Assembly: GCA_977018835.1 (NCBI GenBank)
Contig: OZ361256.1
Location: 1,798,001 to 1,862,000 of the forward strand
Direction of reading: 5' to 3'
Length of the DNA stretch: 64,000 bases
From: Minutocellus sp. GHC0000111
Taxonomy: Eukaryota
Numbering within the stretch: position 1 is the stretch's first letter; every line of letters begins with the position of its first letter. The notes beneath the pieces were generated by a model that ran no database searches, was not told the DNA's origin, and saw only the letters and a list, made by a program, of their open reading frames with translations. Positions 1 through 11,375 of the stretch are shown piece by piece. The translations under genes and the position numbers were made by a program.

Positions 1-3000
1 CGCTGAAAGTTCTGCTCAATTCAACACGGACTTTCTCAACGGCGGCCTCAACGCCGACGCCCTGCATATCTCCAACAAAGAGCCCTCCCCGGATATAATA
101 CGAGGTGAACCATTGTTCTCCTCCCAAAGCGGCTACGGAGGCGGCCGCATCGCAGCCCACCGTCGTGAGAGCCTTGAGAGATGATGAATCATTTGGATTT
201 GATGAGTCCAGGACCGGCTTCCAACTCATTTGGCCACAAGACTGGCTCCAGAATGGGTGAAAAATGCGTCTGATAGAGTGTCACCGGGCAGGCAAGCAAC
301 AGTATCTCGATGAATTGTTTTCTGAGCTCAAAAGAAGTGAATAAAAGAGAAAGAAATGGGCATGTGAGTATTGTGCTGCCCTTTTGCAGACAAAAAATCA
401 TTTCGACAATGAAAAAGAGGATAAAACCAACATAACGGTAAAAATGCTCACAGATACTGGGTAAAATGACGATGTTCCATTGCCTGCAAATGACTTGAAT
501 TGACGACAACCGAGACCAATTCAGGGAATATGCCTGATACTTCGGGAGCAAAGAGGGCTCGTTGCCCGGAAAGTAATCCAAGTAACTGAAAACTGGTATT
601 CCGCAGCTCGTTGAACCAGCCGGACCACTTGGGAGCAAGGTTGACGTCCCTTCGGTCCCATCCTGCTCCTACAGTGCCGGCAGTTCCTCCCTCGCCAAAT
701 ACACCGCCAGTACTAGTGTCCTGCTTCATAGCTAGATAGGCTTCGTCATCAGAGATGGCAAACACGTAGCGTTGTATTGGGTTCTTGAGCAGGACCGCCT
801 GGTATTGCCGCTGCCAAAGCTGGAGCGTCACATCGAGGACTCGGATGAGGGTAGGAAGAATACGGGGCCATAGCGGGACGAAAGGGTCGTTGATGGCAAG
901 ATCGCTAATACCAACAGGTCCCTCGTCGGGAAAGTTGTTACCAGGAAGAGATCCAACCACCGATGTTACAACGGGAATCCCTCCGTTGGGTCGTTTCCTT
1001 GCGGCTTCGTTACAACGTTTTCCCACCGACAAAAGTTGGTTGAGAGCCGAGAAGAGACTGGCGAATGTATCAGACACCTGCTTCACATGAGTTGGATCAG
1101 TTGCACTGGATGGGTTGTTTCCTGCTTGTACTATGCCCATCACAGTCATAAAAATCTCCACAGACCTCAAAGATTCCTTGGTAGCTTGGGATTCCACAAT
1201 CTCCAGAGCGTTGGCAAGGACGTCGGCAATGAAATTTGCTCGGGCGACGGGGTCTTCCACAGCTGTCGCGACACAAGAAAGGAATTCATAAAAATGCATT
1301 CTCTGAGGGGGTTGGAGACTATCGGAGGATAGCAATGACTTTGCGCGTTCACTTAGCTGGGCCAGCCACGGGACGAGATGATGTGGTACCTTCTTCGATA
1401 CCCCGATCAGAGCGATGCCACTTCTCTTTCGGAGGCCGGCGACATCGTCCGTGAGCCGTCGCTCGCCATTCGTCGCATTTCCTGGCTTCCACTCCTCTAC
1501 ATTCAAATACTGAAGAAGCCCATCAACGCCTTGAAGGAGGGTGGAAGGATCGTGCGCCCAATAGTGCTTGAGAGCGCCAAGCATATCCGATCGTCGATAT
1601 TTGAGCCACGTGTCTGTCGGATTCCAAGACACAATCATTTGCGCAAGATCCGACAGCCGTGCCCGAACCTCGGTGTTGATGGCCATCTTCTTTGGATAAA
1701 GACCTGCGGTATTCTGACGGATTGACCACTCTGGAAGGCCTTGCAAAATATTATCGAGCGGCTGGGTGATTCCCTCAAATTGTAGAACGGCCTCGCTCAA
1801 CTGAGTGAGCTGATTGTTTGCAGGATTCAAATGATTCCGAGGTTCCCCGTTGCCATGCAAAGACAGCAACTCTTGTATCCTAGAATGAATCGTCGCAGCA
1901 GATATTTTCGGCTCTGCGTTGCCAATGAACTTGAGGAGCTGGCTACATTTCGATCGTAAGTCACAAAGCCAGGCATCGTACTCCTCACCATCAGTCCAGC
2001 TCGCCTCAATGAGACTTGAGAACGGGTGTCTCTCCTCTTCCACATCCTCCCACCGAACTCGTACAATCTGTTTCATAAATGCAGCCAGAACCCTCTCTAA
2101 GAAAGGAGTAAGAAGTTCCGCCTTGCTGGTTTGGGGATCCCGGAGTAGCGTTACCCAAGGATTGATCTGTTCCCCACAGATTCGCCCCGATGGATGCGCA
2201 AGCACCTCGGTCAGAAGATTCAAATATGCCGCAACAGCCTGGTACTTTGGTCCTTGGCCCGCCAGCTGCAAGGAGAAGTCAAAAGTGCAAGGGAAAAGTG
2301 TAAAAAATGTGAGAATCGTTGATGCGTGGGTATGATCAACCTTTATCAAATAGCTCTTTCAGAGGCCTCCACTGACTTACAATATCCTTGTCGGTAGTGA
2401 CGTGAGATACGTGCGCCGAGAGCAGCGACGCAAGCATCCGAGATAGTCCCCGATGGAAGGGGAGCTGCTCTACCAAGTGCTCCATCTGATTTACATTGCG
2501 ACCCGCCTGTTGCTGAGCAGCCGCCTCATTCGCTTCCCCAATGGCCGGCGGTAGAGCCGTGACGAATTTCATCCAAACGTCCACCTCGAGCTTCCGCGTT
2601 GCCAGCTGTTGGAGACATCGGACCGAAAGAACCTGTATCTTGGCCGTGTCTTCTCTCATCAAGTGGAAGAGAGCGGCAACAAAGTCGCTCCCACCATTCG
2701 CGGCACTTGCCGTTAGTATCCAATCCAGGGGCATCGCCGAGCAGAACATTTCAATCGTCCGTAGACTGTCCGCCACCAACCGACCGGCACCCTCTCTCCT
2801 TGCCAGCTGGGCATCGTACATGGCCCGTTCGTCCGGTGTCATCTGCGGCACGGTCCGTCCCGCCGAGGCAAGGTAGGCCTCCATATCCCGCAACGTCGTC
2901 TTGGCCGAATTGACGATCCCATACTCCTCCGACAATAGGGCAAATATCAGGGGCAAAAACTGACTCGCCACCTCGTTGAGACCGATGAGGACATCGTTCC

Positions 3001-3688
3001 GTCGCTTCGTCGATATCTTGGCGTTGTAATCGGAGTCGGTGCAGTCCTCGGTAACAATCCGCAGACATTCCAGCGCAGTTTTAGTTCCAATCATGGTCCC
3101 ATATCCGCCACGGCTGCGCTGGGCATTGTCATCGGCCGTGCCTGGCTCGCACCAGAGTCCTCCACGGGAAAGCGGTACAAACACCTCGGACGCAAAGGTC
3201 GGCCATCGTTGGGGGAAATCTCGTACGACAATATCGGCCAGCAAGGCGGACAGCTTCATGGCCAGCATGCGACTTTCGGCGTCGTTGAGGACTGCAGTTG
3301 TTGTTGGTGGTGTTGTCTCCGATGCTCCTGTATCGCCACTTGCGGCAGCCAGCTGACGGCAGGCTGCAAGGACCGACGTTCGCAGGGCCACTCGATCCCC
3401 ATCGGCGAGTTTGACGTAGCCAGTTTTGAGAAAACTCTGCAAGATTTGCAGGGCAAACAACTTGGTGGCGGCCGTAACGTCCATCGTGTTGACACTGCCC
3501 GGCAAAGTCAGGGAATGAGACGGCGCCTGCAAGAGCTGGAGGGCAATGGCCACCCGACCGTCGTAGGTCTTGAACTGCTCCAGCGTATTGAAGGCGTCCT
3601 GCCTCTGCTGCGGCAGGAAGGTCCCGACCGCCACGCCCGCCGATATGGCGACGGCCTGCAGAAGCGACTGCCGCTGCGTTTCGTCCAT
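1..3688 (-). CDS. XPO5: Exportin-5-like importin-beta family HEAT protein; 3 exons visible (3688-2381, 2265-452, 321-<1); runs off the window
   Basis: Xpo1-type N-terminal motifs (KLFALQIL, DIVVRDFPQRWPTF, RRNDVLIGLNE). GTAAGT/TGCAG and GTGAG/CTCAG introns join the ORFs in frame. Apparent frameshift near 235 (ILEPV.. then QMSWKPV..WFTSYYIRGGLFVGD..EKVRVELSRTFS in another frame). Confidence 0.8.
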
Positions 3689-4270
3689 TACTGAGTCTTA
3701 CAGATAGGGTAGAGTGCTGTTTGGGTTGATTCGGTAATGATTGGAACTAACTGGTGGAAACTATCATGCACGATGCGGCATGCATGAGTGTGAGCGATGC
3801 GGCCAGCCCGCAGTCGAAGGAAAGTGACGCAGAAAGACAGGCGAGGGCGAAGGCGAGAGCTATAGCGAGCCAACCAAAAATCCAGAGACCCAAGCAAGTG
3901 ATGGCTTGACCCAAGGACGCAAGATGTACCAACTGACGAACAGGGGCGCTCTTCTGTGGCAAAGTCAGGAGTTCGAGGTCCAAGAGCAATGCCCTGAGAT
4001 GAACTCTGGAACGAGAGGTAACGAAGATGTGCCAGACCGAGCTGCCAGACCGCCAGGCAGACCGATAAGTACCCCTCAATTTAAGAGTTGAGCCTTTGGG
4101 TACACAGAAACTTCTACTGAGGAGTGTAAAGACTGGTCCGTACGTCGTCAGAAATAGGAATATGGTTCGCATGCCGCATGCGCTGCTGTGTGCTGCGAAC
4201 CGTGTGGGGGTGCGTGGGTTGTCATCGGTCACATAAAGAGAACTTCCTTGAAAGAATCGAATCAACAACC

Positions 4271-5469
4271 ATGTCCCTCCAACGCGACCGATCTCTGACG
4301 ATCAGCAACATTCACACCCTCCTCGAGGGGATGCACTGGAAGGAGACCGATGATCTGCTGTCGAGCAACCCCGATTGTGCTCGGCAAATCGGCGGAACGT
4401 TCAACGTCCTTCCTCTGTCCACCGCCCTCATGCACAGCCCACCCGTTTGGATCGTTGACAGCCTTATTGAGAGATATCCCGGTGAGTTCTACCAGTAGTT
4501 GTATGGGTTTGATGTGCCACTCTCCTATGCATGCGTACATGTTTCTTTGGCGTCGTGATCATGACTCTGCAGCAGCTTTCAAAGTACAAACATAAGATAC
4601 ACGTGACATGTCAAAGATATCGAATCTTTTGCATTTGGGGTTCTCATTCCTACTCTTTGATATTCACCCTTTGAATCCCACAATTTTCCCTCACTACAGA
4701 CGCGGTGTCCCAATCCAATGAGTATGGAATGATTCCCCTCCGCGTTGCCCTCCGTTCTAGGAACAGCCTCGACGTGATCAATGCCCTCCTTCGCGAGGAT
4801 GTCGAGGTGGCAAAATCATTTGGCGTGAGCGGTAAGACATGCCTGCACTTGGCCTGTCTGTACGGCCACGATCTCGCCGTCATCGAACGGTTGCTCGATG
4901 TATGGCCAGAGGCTGCTCAGTGGACCGATCGTCGTGGACTCCATCCACTCCACACCGCATGTCTGTGCGATGCCAACATTGCGGTGATCGAAAAGCTCCT
5001 GGCGGCATATCCAGAGGCAGCATCCAAATTTGACAGCGACGAGCATCTCCTACCCTTGCACATTGCCGCCAAACACTGCGCCACGCCCGAGTGCCTAAAG
5101 ATGCTGTTCGACGCCTACCCGGCCGGTATCACATTAAAATCGAAGGAAGGGGGTAAGCTTCCCTTGCACCTTGCTGTGCAAAATCGCGAAGTTTACCCCA
5201 AAACAATCGCAGCCATCATTGAACTGTATCCCGATGCCTCCAAGGAGGTCGCCGACGATGGATCTTTGCCGCTCCACATCGCCTCTCAGTCTGGTTGCAG
5301 CATGGCCGTTCTTAAGATTCTGTTCGAAGCCAATCCCCACGCGAGCATGGAAAAGAACAAGCACGGCGAGACCCCCTTCAAATGTGCCGAGGGCAAGCAG
5401 GCCAGTCAACGCAACTTGATGGAGCTGGAAGAGAAGAATTCGGCGCCCCATACCAGCCAGGCGCAGTAA
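4271..5469 (+). CDS. Ankyrin-repeat protein, 2 exons (4271-4481, 4700-5469)
   Basis: Repeated G.LPLH.A...L...YP.A ankyrin units. The GTGAGT...CTACAG intron joins RYP|DAV in frame. Confidence 0.85.
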
Positions 5470-5631
5470 TTATTGGTGGCTTAATTAGAAAGATCCGACT
5501 CAATTGCGTTGCTTGAAAGATTATACATTTGACTATATTGCCCAAGCTACCTCTAGAGAGGGAGTGCAGGAAGGAAAAATAAGATAGGACCGTCAATATT
5601 ATCGCAAGATCTAATGGCAGTGATATTCATA

Positions 5632-7098
5632 TCAATACCTCGGCATACTGGGATCGACCTCCTTTTGCCATCGCATGATTCCACCATCCAAATTGTACAG
5701 CCGATCGGGTTCCACACCGAGCTCAATCAAACGAGCACATGCCTTCTTTCCACGAACTCCCGCCTTGCAGTAAACCAATACCTCTCCTGTCTTGGGTATT
5801 TGATCTGGTTGTACCGTACGGTGCGGTGCCACTTGGTCGGTGAACGGTAGAGCAAGAATGTCATGCTCGGTCTGTAATCGCACGTCCAACACCCATGGTG
5901 ACCAACCATTCGATAATTTCTCCAAGGCCTCTGATGGATTGATGCTGTGAAATTCGGGCACTTGATCTCCAGCCGACCCTGACGTCTCTGCTTCATCCAT
6001 GGTTCTCCCAGTGGTGGCACCATCTGCCGCTGATTGATTCGTCGAATCACTCTTCTTATCGTCACTATCATCGGCCCTTTTAGCAATATGGCCGGCACAA
6101 AATCCCTGATAATCAATGAGCTCGTTGATCTCCTCTCGATCTTCCAGCTTCTTTAGGCCAACTTCGCTAAACTTCATATCCAGAGCGTCGTAGACAAGGA
6201 TTCGTCCACTGAGCAGACCAGCATCCTTCCCCAGTATAATCTTCATAACCTCCGTGGCTTGCAGACAGCCCATGGCACCGGGCAGGACACCCAAAACACC
6301 TCCCTCGGCACAGCTAGGGACGTCTCCCGGAGGTGGGGGAGTTGGCATCATGTCACGATAGGTCGGTCCACCCTTGTAGTTGAACACACTGAGCTGTCCC
6401 TCGAACGCAAGGATGGCCGAGTACACCCACGGCACACCCACAATGTCACAGGCATCATTGATGAGGTATTTGGTGGGAAAATTATCGGAACCATCAACCA
6501 CCACATCCCACGGCCGATTGTCGTCGAATCCACCCTCCAATATTCGCAGGGCCGTGGCCGACGTGAATTCCTCCTCGAAGGTACGGACCTTGACGAAGGG
6601 GTTGATGTCGGCGATCCGACTTTCCGCCGAGGAACACTTGGTCAACCCCACCGTGGCGGTGCCATGAATAATCTGTCTCTGAAGGTTGGACTCGTCGACC
6701 GTGTCCGCATCCACAATCCCAATGTGTCCAACACCGGCGGCCGCCAGATACATGAGGCAGGGCGAGCCAAGTCCGCCGGCACCGATGACCAAAACAGAGG
6801 CATTCTTGAGTGCCTTTTGACCTCCCATGGCCACGTCCGACAGGACAAGATGGCGGGAATAGCGGGCAATTTCTGGATTGGACAGTTCCACATCGTCATC
6901 GGTGGATTTGCTCAGCAGTTGTTGTGATGTCTGTGCCAGCGATGGTACTCTTCTGCTACTTATGGAAAACGCATCGCAAGACGACCCCAATAAAAGCAGC
7001 GAGCACAGTGATATCAATGATGCTGTCGTCATAATGAATGAGAGAAGACGGTATCGCTTGCTGTTGTTGTGAGGAGGTGGGGATCCGTATCCCGTCAT
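5632..7098 (-). CDS. moeB: MoeB/ThiF adenylyltransferase-rhodanese fusion (MoeZ-like) with probable plastid targeting peptide; start may be M at 7032
   Basis: EIARYSRHL, VIGAGGLG, DESNLQRQ, DGSDNF, PSCAEGGVLG; C-terminal rhodanese YCKAGVRG; N-terminal signal peptide ending SCDA-F followed by an S/R-rich transit peptide. Confidence 0.88.
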   Translation of the reverse strand: MTGYGSPPPHNNSKRYRLLSFIMTTASLISLCSLLLLGSSCDAFSISSRRVPSLAQTSQQLLSKSTDDDVELSNPEIARYSRHLVLSDVAMGGQKALKNASVLVIGAGGLGSPCLMYLAAAGVGHIGIVDADTVDESNLQRQIIHGTATVGLTKCSSAESRIADINPFVKVRTFEEEFTSATALRILEGGFDDNRPWDVVVDGSDNFPTKYLINDACDIVGVPWVYSAILAFEGQLSVFNYKGGPTYRDMMPTPPPPGDVPSCAEGGVLGVLPGAMGCLQATEVMKIILGKDAGLLSGRILVYDALDMKFSEVGLKKLEDREEINELIDYQGFCAGHIAKRADDSDDKKSDSTNQSAADGATTGRTMDEAETSGSAGDQVPEFHSINPSEALEKLSNGWSPWVLDVRLQTEHDILALPFTDQVAPHRTVQPDQIPKTGEVLVYCKAGVRGKKACARLIELGVEPDRLYNLDGGIMRWQKEVDPSMPRY

Positions 7099-7216
7099 AA
7101 GATGTGCTTGGATTTGACTGATTGATCAGACGGATGGACGCCGGACAGGCCACTGACGATTGCGCATGCGAAATCGAAAATCACAAAGCAAGCAAGTTGA
7201 AGAACACTTTGTTGCA

Positions 7217-7957
7217 ATGACGAAGGCTTTCAGTGGTTCGCTATTGCTGCTCGTTGCCGCGGCTTCGTGCATCGGCAATTCCTCTGCGTTTGCGCCGGCG
7301 GCTAGATATTCGTCGCCGGTGGGAGCGTCGCGTGGTTACATTTCGACAAGCCTCAATGATGCAGCATCCGATACCGTCGAATTGATGGGAGAAGCGGCTG
7401 CACCTGCTGCTGAACAGCTTGTAGAGCCTGCCGTCCAATCGGCCGTGCCGGTGGGAACTGCATTGGAAGAGTCCCTCCCCGATTTGCCTGCCGCGGTGGC
7501 CCCAGCCCTAGACCTCGATGTGGTGGCGCTGGTATGCGGTCAAGAAAACTACGGATTGGCCGTCGTGGCCCTCGGCGAGGCGCTTTGGTCCTTCCTCCAG
7601 GCGCCGTCGGCCGACCACGCCTTGAAAACCTTTGGACCGGCAGGAGTTGCGGCCGTTATTCTCGTTGCTGTCTCGGGACCCATGGTGACCAGCGGTGATC
7701 CGGCCAGCACAATGTTGGGACTTGAGATTGCCACCGGCGTTAGTACGCTATTGGGTTTGAGCTACCTGGCCCGACTTTTGGCTCCGTACAGTCCAAGTCC
7801 CAAGGAAATTGCCTTCTTGGGTCTGCTCGTGTCGTTGGCTGGATTCTTTAGCTTTTCGCAGAATTTGGTGGTCGATGGGTTCATTGCTCTTCCCAGCATT
7901 CCTCTTCCGCAGCTGCCGACGTTCGATGTTGATCTCTCATTCTTCAACTTTGATTAA
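7217..7957 (+). CDS. Plastid-targeted membrane protein of unknown function
   Basis: Signal peptide with SSAFAP motif; about 4 hydrophobic segments in the C-terminal half. Confidence 0.7.
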   Translation: MTKAFSGSLLLLVAAASCIGNSSAFAPAARYSSPVGASRGYISTSLNDAASDTVELMGEAAAPAAEQLVEPAVQSAVPVGTALEESLPDLPAAVAPALDLDVVALVCGQENYGLAVVALGEALWSFLQAPSADHALKTFGPAGVAAVILVAVSGPMVTSGDPASTMLGLEIATGVSTLLGLSYLARLLAPYSPSPKEIAFLGLLVSLAGFFSFSQNLVVDGFIALPSIPLPQLPTFDVDLSFFNFD

Positions 7958-8216
7958 ACTCTGGTAATTTAGAGAATACATATATTGTTATATATTATAA
8001 ATCAGCAAAGATTGTAAGATATATGTTATATACAATCATCTGCAAAGAATGCCGCACCGCCATCTATGCAGGGTGGACATGCCATCTACATTCAAAGGGA
8101 CTTTATATATTTTAGTTTATGTTCAAAAAACATTTTATCTTCAAAACTGTAAACAAGGAAGGGTACAGCAGAGGAGTTGAGCGCACACATCACTACGTAG
8201 CTCTACTAGATCAGAT

Positions 8217-9461
8217 TTATCTTGCAAGCAGTCGGCGTAAGGCGGGCTTGGGATACAATTGGTCGTCTGAGCCGCGTAGTAAGCTTTCGAAGACGGCCAC
8301 AACCTCCTTTGATGTAGGCCGATTGGAGCTTTCACCATCCCACATTCGTTTCATCATGTGTTTGATACCATCTGGCCAACACGCGTCTATGGTAGGTCGT
8401 AATCCCTTTATGGCAACTGTACTCGTAAACCTCGTCGAGGGAACATTCGAAAAGGGTTTGTACAGCGACAATACCTCGTGCATCAAAATAGCGAAGGAAT
8501 ATACGTCGACCATTTTGCCGTACTTCTCGCTCAGTGCAATCTCTGGTGCCATGTAACGTATTGTGCCTGTGTTTGTTGTCATTTCGTATTTTGTATCGTC
8601 TCCTCCTGATATCTCGCTGGGATCAGGGAGTTCTCCTGGTGGTACCCTCTTGTTCCCAACAACTCGGGCCAAACCAAAATCAAACAGCTTGGGGACATCG
8701 TCACTGTCGAATCCTACGTTATCTGGATTCAAATCGCGATGGGCCACCCCTTTGGAATGTAGAAATTCAATTGCACTTGCAATCCTCATGAGAATCACCA
8801 TCCTCTCAAGCCACAATTCATTGAGCTGTGCTCGAGAAATCAACATGCCCATGCCTCTCCTCTCTCTCCACATGTACAACTTATTCTTTAACGTGCATCT
8901 CAGCTGGTCCAGCAACACAAAGGTAATGCTCTTGCCTTGCCCTTGACTGCCACTCTTATTATTTTCACTCTTCTTATCGCTGTTGTCATATCCGACACCG
9001 TAAACAGTAATGATGTGAGGATGTCGAAGTGACACCAATAGCGACACCTCCGAGGTCAGATCCGACAAACCAATCGCATAACGCTTCTTATTCAAGGATG
9101 TTTTCAATCGCTTCAATGCCAACTTTGGTGGCTTCTGCTGGGCGGGATCTCCAACTGGCGCAGGTTGACCAGGCACGTGACGGTACGAGTAGTGGGCCTT
9201 GTCATAGTTGCCAAATCTCTTGATGAACTTGCGTCGAGAGGATATGTCATCTTCGGTCAATACCAGTGCCTTATCGAGGGGTGCATCCGGCTCCAACTTT
9301 ACGAGTCGGACCGCGGACACTGAACAGAAACCACCTTGTCCCAGTTCTGCAGCTGTGACGATTTCATTAGAACAGAGCGCTGGTAGGTCGGCAGCAGCTG
9401 CTGATAGTGGGCGGTTGTTGCTTTCGGTCTCAGCAGTAAATGCTTCTCTTGGCGGCGGCAT
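8217..9461 (-). CDS. Ser/Thr (TKL-like) protein kinase
   Basis: LGQGGFCSV, LALK, HRDLNPDN, DFG, GTIRYMAPE, DVYSFA. Confidence 0.92.
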   Translation of the reverse strand: MPPPREAFTAETESNNRPLSAAAADLPALCSNEIVTAAELGQGGFCSVSAVRLVKLEPDAPLDKALVLTEDDISSRRKFIKRFGNYDKAHYSYRHVPGQPAPVGDPAQQKPPKLALKRLKTSLNKKRYAIGLSDLTSEVSLLVSLRHPHIITVYGVGYDNSDKKSENNKSGSQGQGKSITFVLLDQLRCTLKNKLYMWRERRGMGMLISRAQLNELWLERMVILMRIASAIEFLHSKGVAHRDLNPDNVGFDSDDVPKLFDFGLARVVGNKRVPPGELPDPSEISGGDDTKYEMTTNTGTIRYMAPEIALSEKYGKMVDVYSFAILMHEVLSLYKPFSNVPSTRFTSTVAIKGLRPTIDACWPDGIKHMMKRMWDGESSNRPTSKEVVAVFESLLRGSDDQLYPKPALRRLLAR

Positions 9462-10045
9462 ATTGAAATAACCCTTGACGTTCACAACCTTCACAACCAA
9501 CGCCGGGGAGACCACGATGACCAATACGTGCACTCTCACCCACGTGATTTGGGTGCAAACGGTAGAGAGGACGAGGGTGGAACGGAACTGCACCTCCCAT
9601 GCAAACGTCGGCGGCTGCCGCTTTTTGGGCGCTTCATCTTCTCCGCTCCAAATGTTTTCTCCAAATTCCTGTCCGTCGCCCGTTCCGCACTGAGGCTCGA
9701 GGCTCGAAAATTGAAGAGAAGAGGCATTTCACTCTCACCAGAAAGATCATCGATTGAGGAGTGTACATGTATCTTCGTGCTGAATGAAGGCAATGCTGTG
9801 CCAGGCAAGGTTGTGAAGCATAGAATCGAATCTGATGAGAATCAATGGTTCGAAGGCTCTAGAGATCTACCTCGCTATTATGACATGTCCGCGAGCACCC
9901 TGCACACACACTGACTGTGTATGTATCGCTAACTTACTGAGCATAAACTGCAATCAATGTTGATTTGTGTCTGTAATTGGAAACGATTGTAACAGTTAAT
10001 TACGCATACCTACATGTATGCATATTTATTATTTTTCTGTCGCGG

Positions 10046-11053
10046 TCAATCCTGTTGATAAAACGAACCGGCAAACAAGCACTGCTCTGCCTTTTGGGCC
10101 TCTCGGCCAATGTATGCAGCATGGCCAACGCTGACCAACTCTTTGGCATGCTCCCATCTCTCGAAGATGAGCACAGTCAGTTCCTTGGCAGTACGGGCCT
10201 CGAATGTTTCCATAGGCTCGGGACGATTGTTTCCATGGCAGGTCAGCTTGTTGCCATGAACATCACATACCTCTCCTTTATCGTTGACGATGCAGGAATG
10301 ATACGTGGCTCGAATAACACCCTTCTCGTGGTCAAGCTTCATCATAAAATAACCCTTGGAATCCATCGTCAAGTTTCGAGACGAGAGGAACTTATCCAGC
10401 ACTTGTCTCTCCTTTAGTTCATCGGGGTTTGGTCCCTTGAGTGGATTGCGTTTCTCGGCAGCAAAGTCTTTGATGATGGTGGGTTGCCCAGCCACCATGT
10501 GAACGACCATGTTCGCCTTGTCGGCTACGTGCTGATTGAACCAACCTTGACAATCGACAAACTTACGAGAGGCGTTAGATTCACCATGCAGACCCGATCC
10601 AATCTCATTGCTGACAAAAATAAACGTAGCATTCCTCTGGGTAATCATCGTATCAAACTCTGCCTTGACTTTTTCCAGCGCTCGCTCTGATGCCTCCGTT
10701 GTATCGCCGCCAGTACCGTCGTTGTTGGTAGCATCCTTGTCCTTTTCGGGCTCATTGAATACCCCTTCTTGCATCATGTAGTTGGTCAGCCAAAGAGTCA
10801 AGCAATCCACGAGAATGGCTCGTCCAGCAAACTGTTCTTTGTGGACGCTGGGCGTGAGTGGCTCTTCGATGGTAGTCCATTTTTCTCCTCGATCATCCTT
10901 ATGTTTCTGAACACGGTCGGCAAAATCATCATCCCAAACTTTTGATGTGGCCAAGTAGATTGGATCGGGACAGATGGACTCGGCCAAATTTTGAGCATAA
11001 GACGACTTGCCGGAGCGAGCGCCTCCCGTTACGAGATAAACAGTTGCGGGCAT
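10046..11053 (-). CDS. cobU: Bifunctional adenosylcobinamide kinase / cobinamide-phosphate guanylyltransferase (CobU/CobP) fused to a C-terminal DUF4346-like domain; intronless
   Basis: LVTGGARSGKS P-loop, IYLAT, RVQKH..R...W.TIEEP, LVDCLTLWLTN, VSNEIGSG, F.D.QG.FNQ. C-terminal D.KGYF...RTAKEL...HAAYIGRE..KAE......YQQD. Confidence 0.93.
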   Translation of the reverse strand: MPATVYLVTGGARSGKSSYAQNLAESICPDPIYLATSKVWDDDFADRVQKHKDDRGEKWTTIEEPLTPSVHKEQFAGRAILVDCLTLWLTNYMMQEGVFNEPEKDKDATNNDGTGGDTTEASERALEKVKAEFDTMITQRNATFIFVSNEIGSGLHGESNASRKFVDCQGWFNQHVADKANMVVHMVAGQPTIIKDFAAEKRNPLKGPNPDELKERQVLDKFLSSRNLTMDSKGYFMMKLDHEKGVIRATYHSCIVNDKGEVCDVHGNKLTCHGNNRPEPMETFEARTAKELTVLIFERWEHAKELVSVGHAAYIGREAQKAEQCLFAGSFYQQD

Positions 11054-11148
11054 GGTCAGCTGCGCGGATACAGTATCGATCGAATGGCTTGAAGTGCTTT
11101 GGATGGAGTGCTTCGCGCAAAACGGTATCATGGTATCTTTCGCAGGTC

Positions 11149-11162
11149 AAAGCACGTGCTTC
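11149..11162. promoter_or_regulatory. Palindromic 14-mer AAAGCACGTGCTTC in the cobU/CBA1 bidirectional promoter (candidate B12-responsive element)
   Basis: Perfect 12-bp palindrome AAGCACGTGCTT; related copies lie upstream of SHMT and cobS. Confidence 0.55.
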
Positions 11163-11256
11163 GCGCGTTCGCGATTGGCGGCAATGACTGGCGGGAAAGA
11201 TCTTGCCACGCCTCTCGCAGCCACTCAATAGGAATTCATTCCTAAGTCAAGTCAGA

Positions 11257-11363
11257 ATAAGTAATCCGGTAGGAATCGTACTTGACTGACTACTCATTGA
11301 ACTTGGCCATCATAAGTAATCCGGTAGGAATCGTAATTGACTACTTATTAATATTGAGCCATC
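11257..11363. repeat. ~55-bp imperfect tandem duplication upstream of CBA1
   Basis: ATAAGTAATCCGGTAGGAATCGTA is exact at 11257-11280 and 11312-11335; each copy is followed by TTGACT(GACT)ACT.ATT...GCCATC. Confidence 0.85.
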
Positions 11364-11375
11364 GCCAACGCCACC

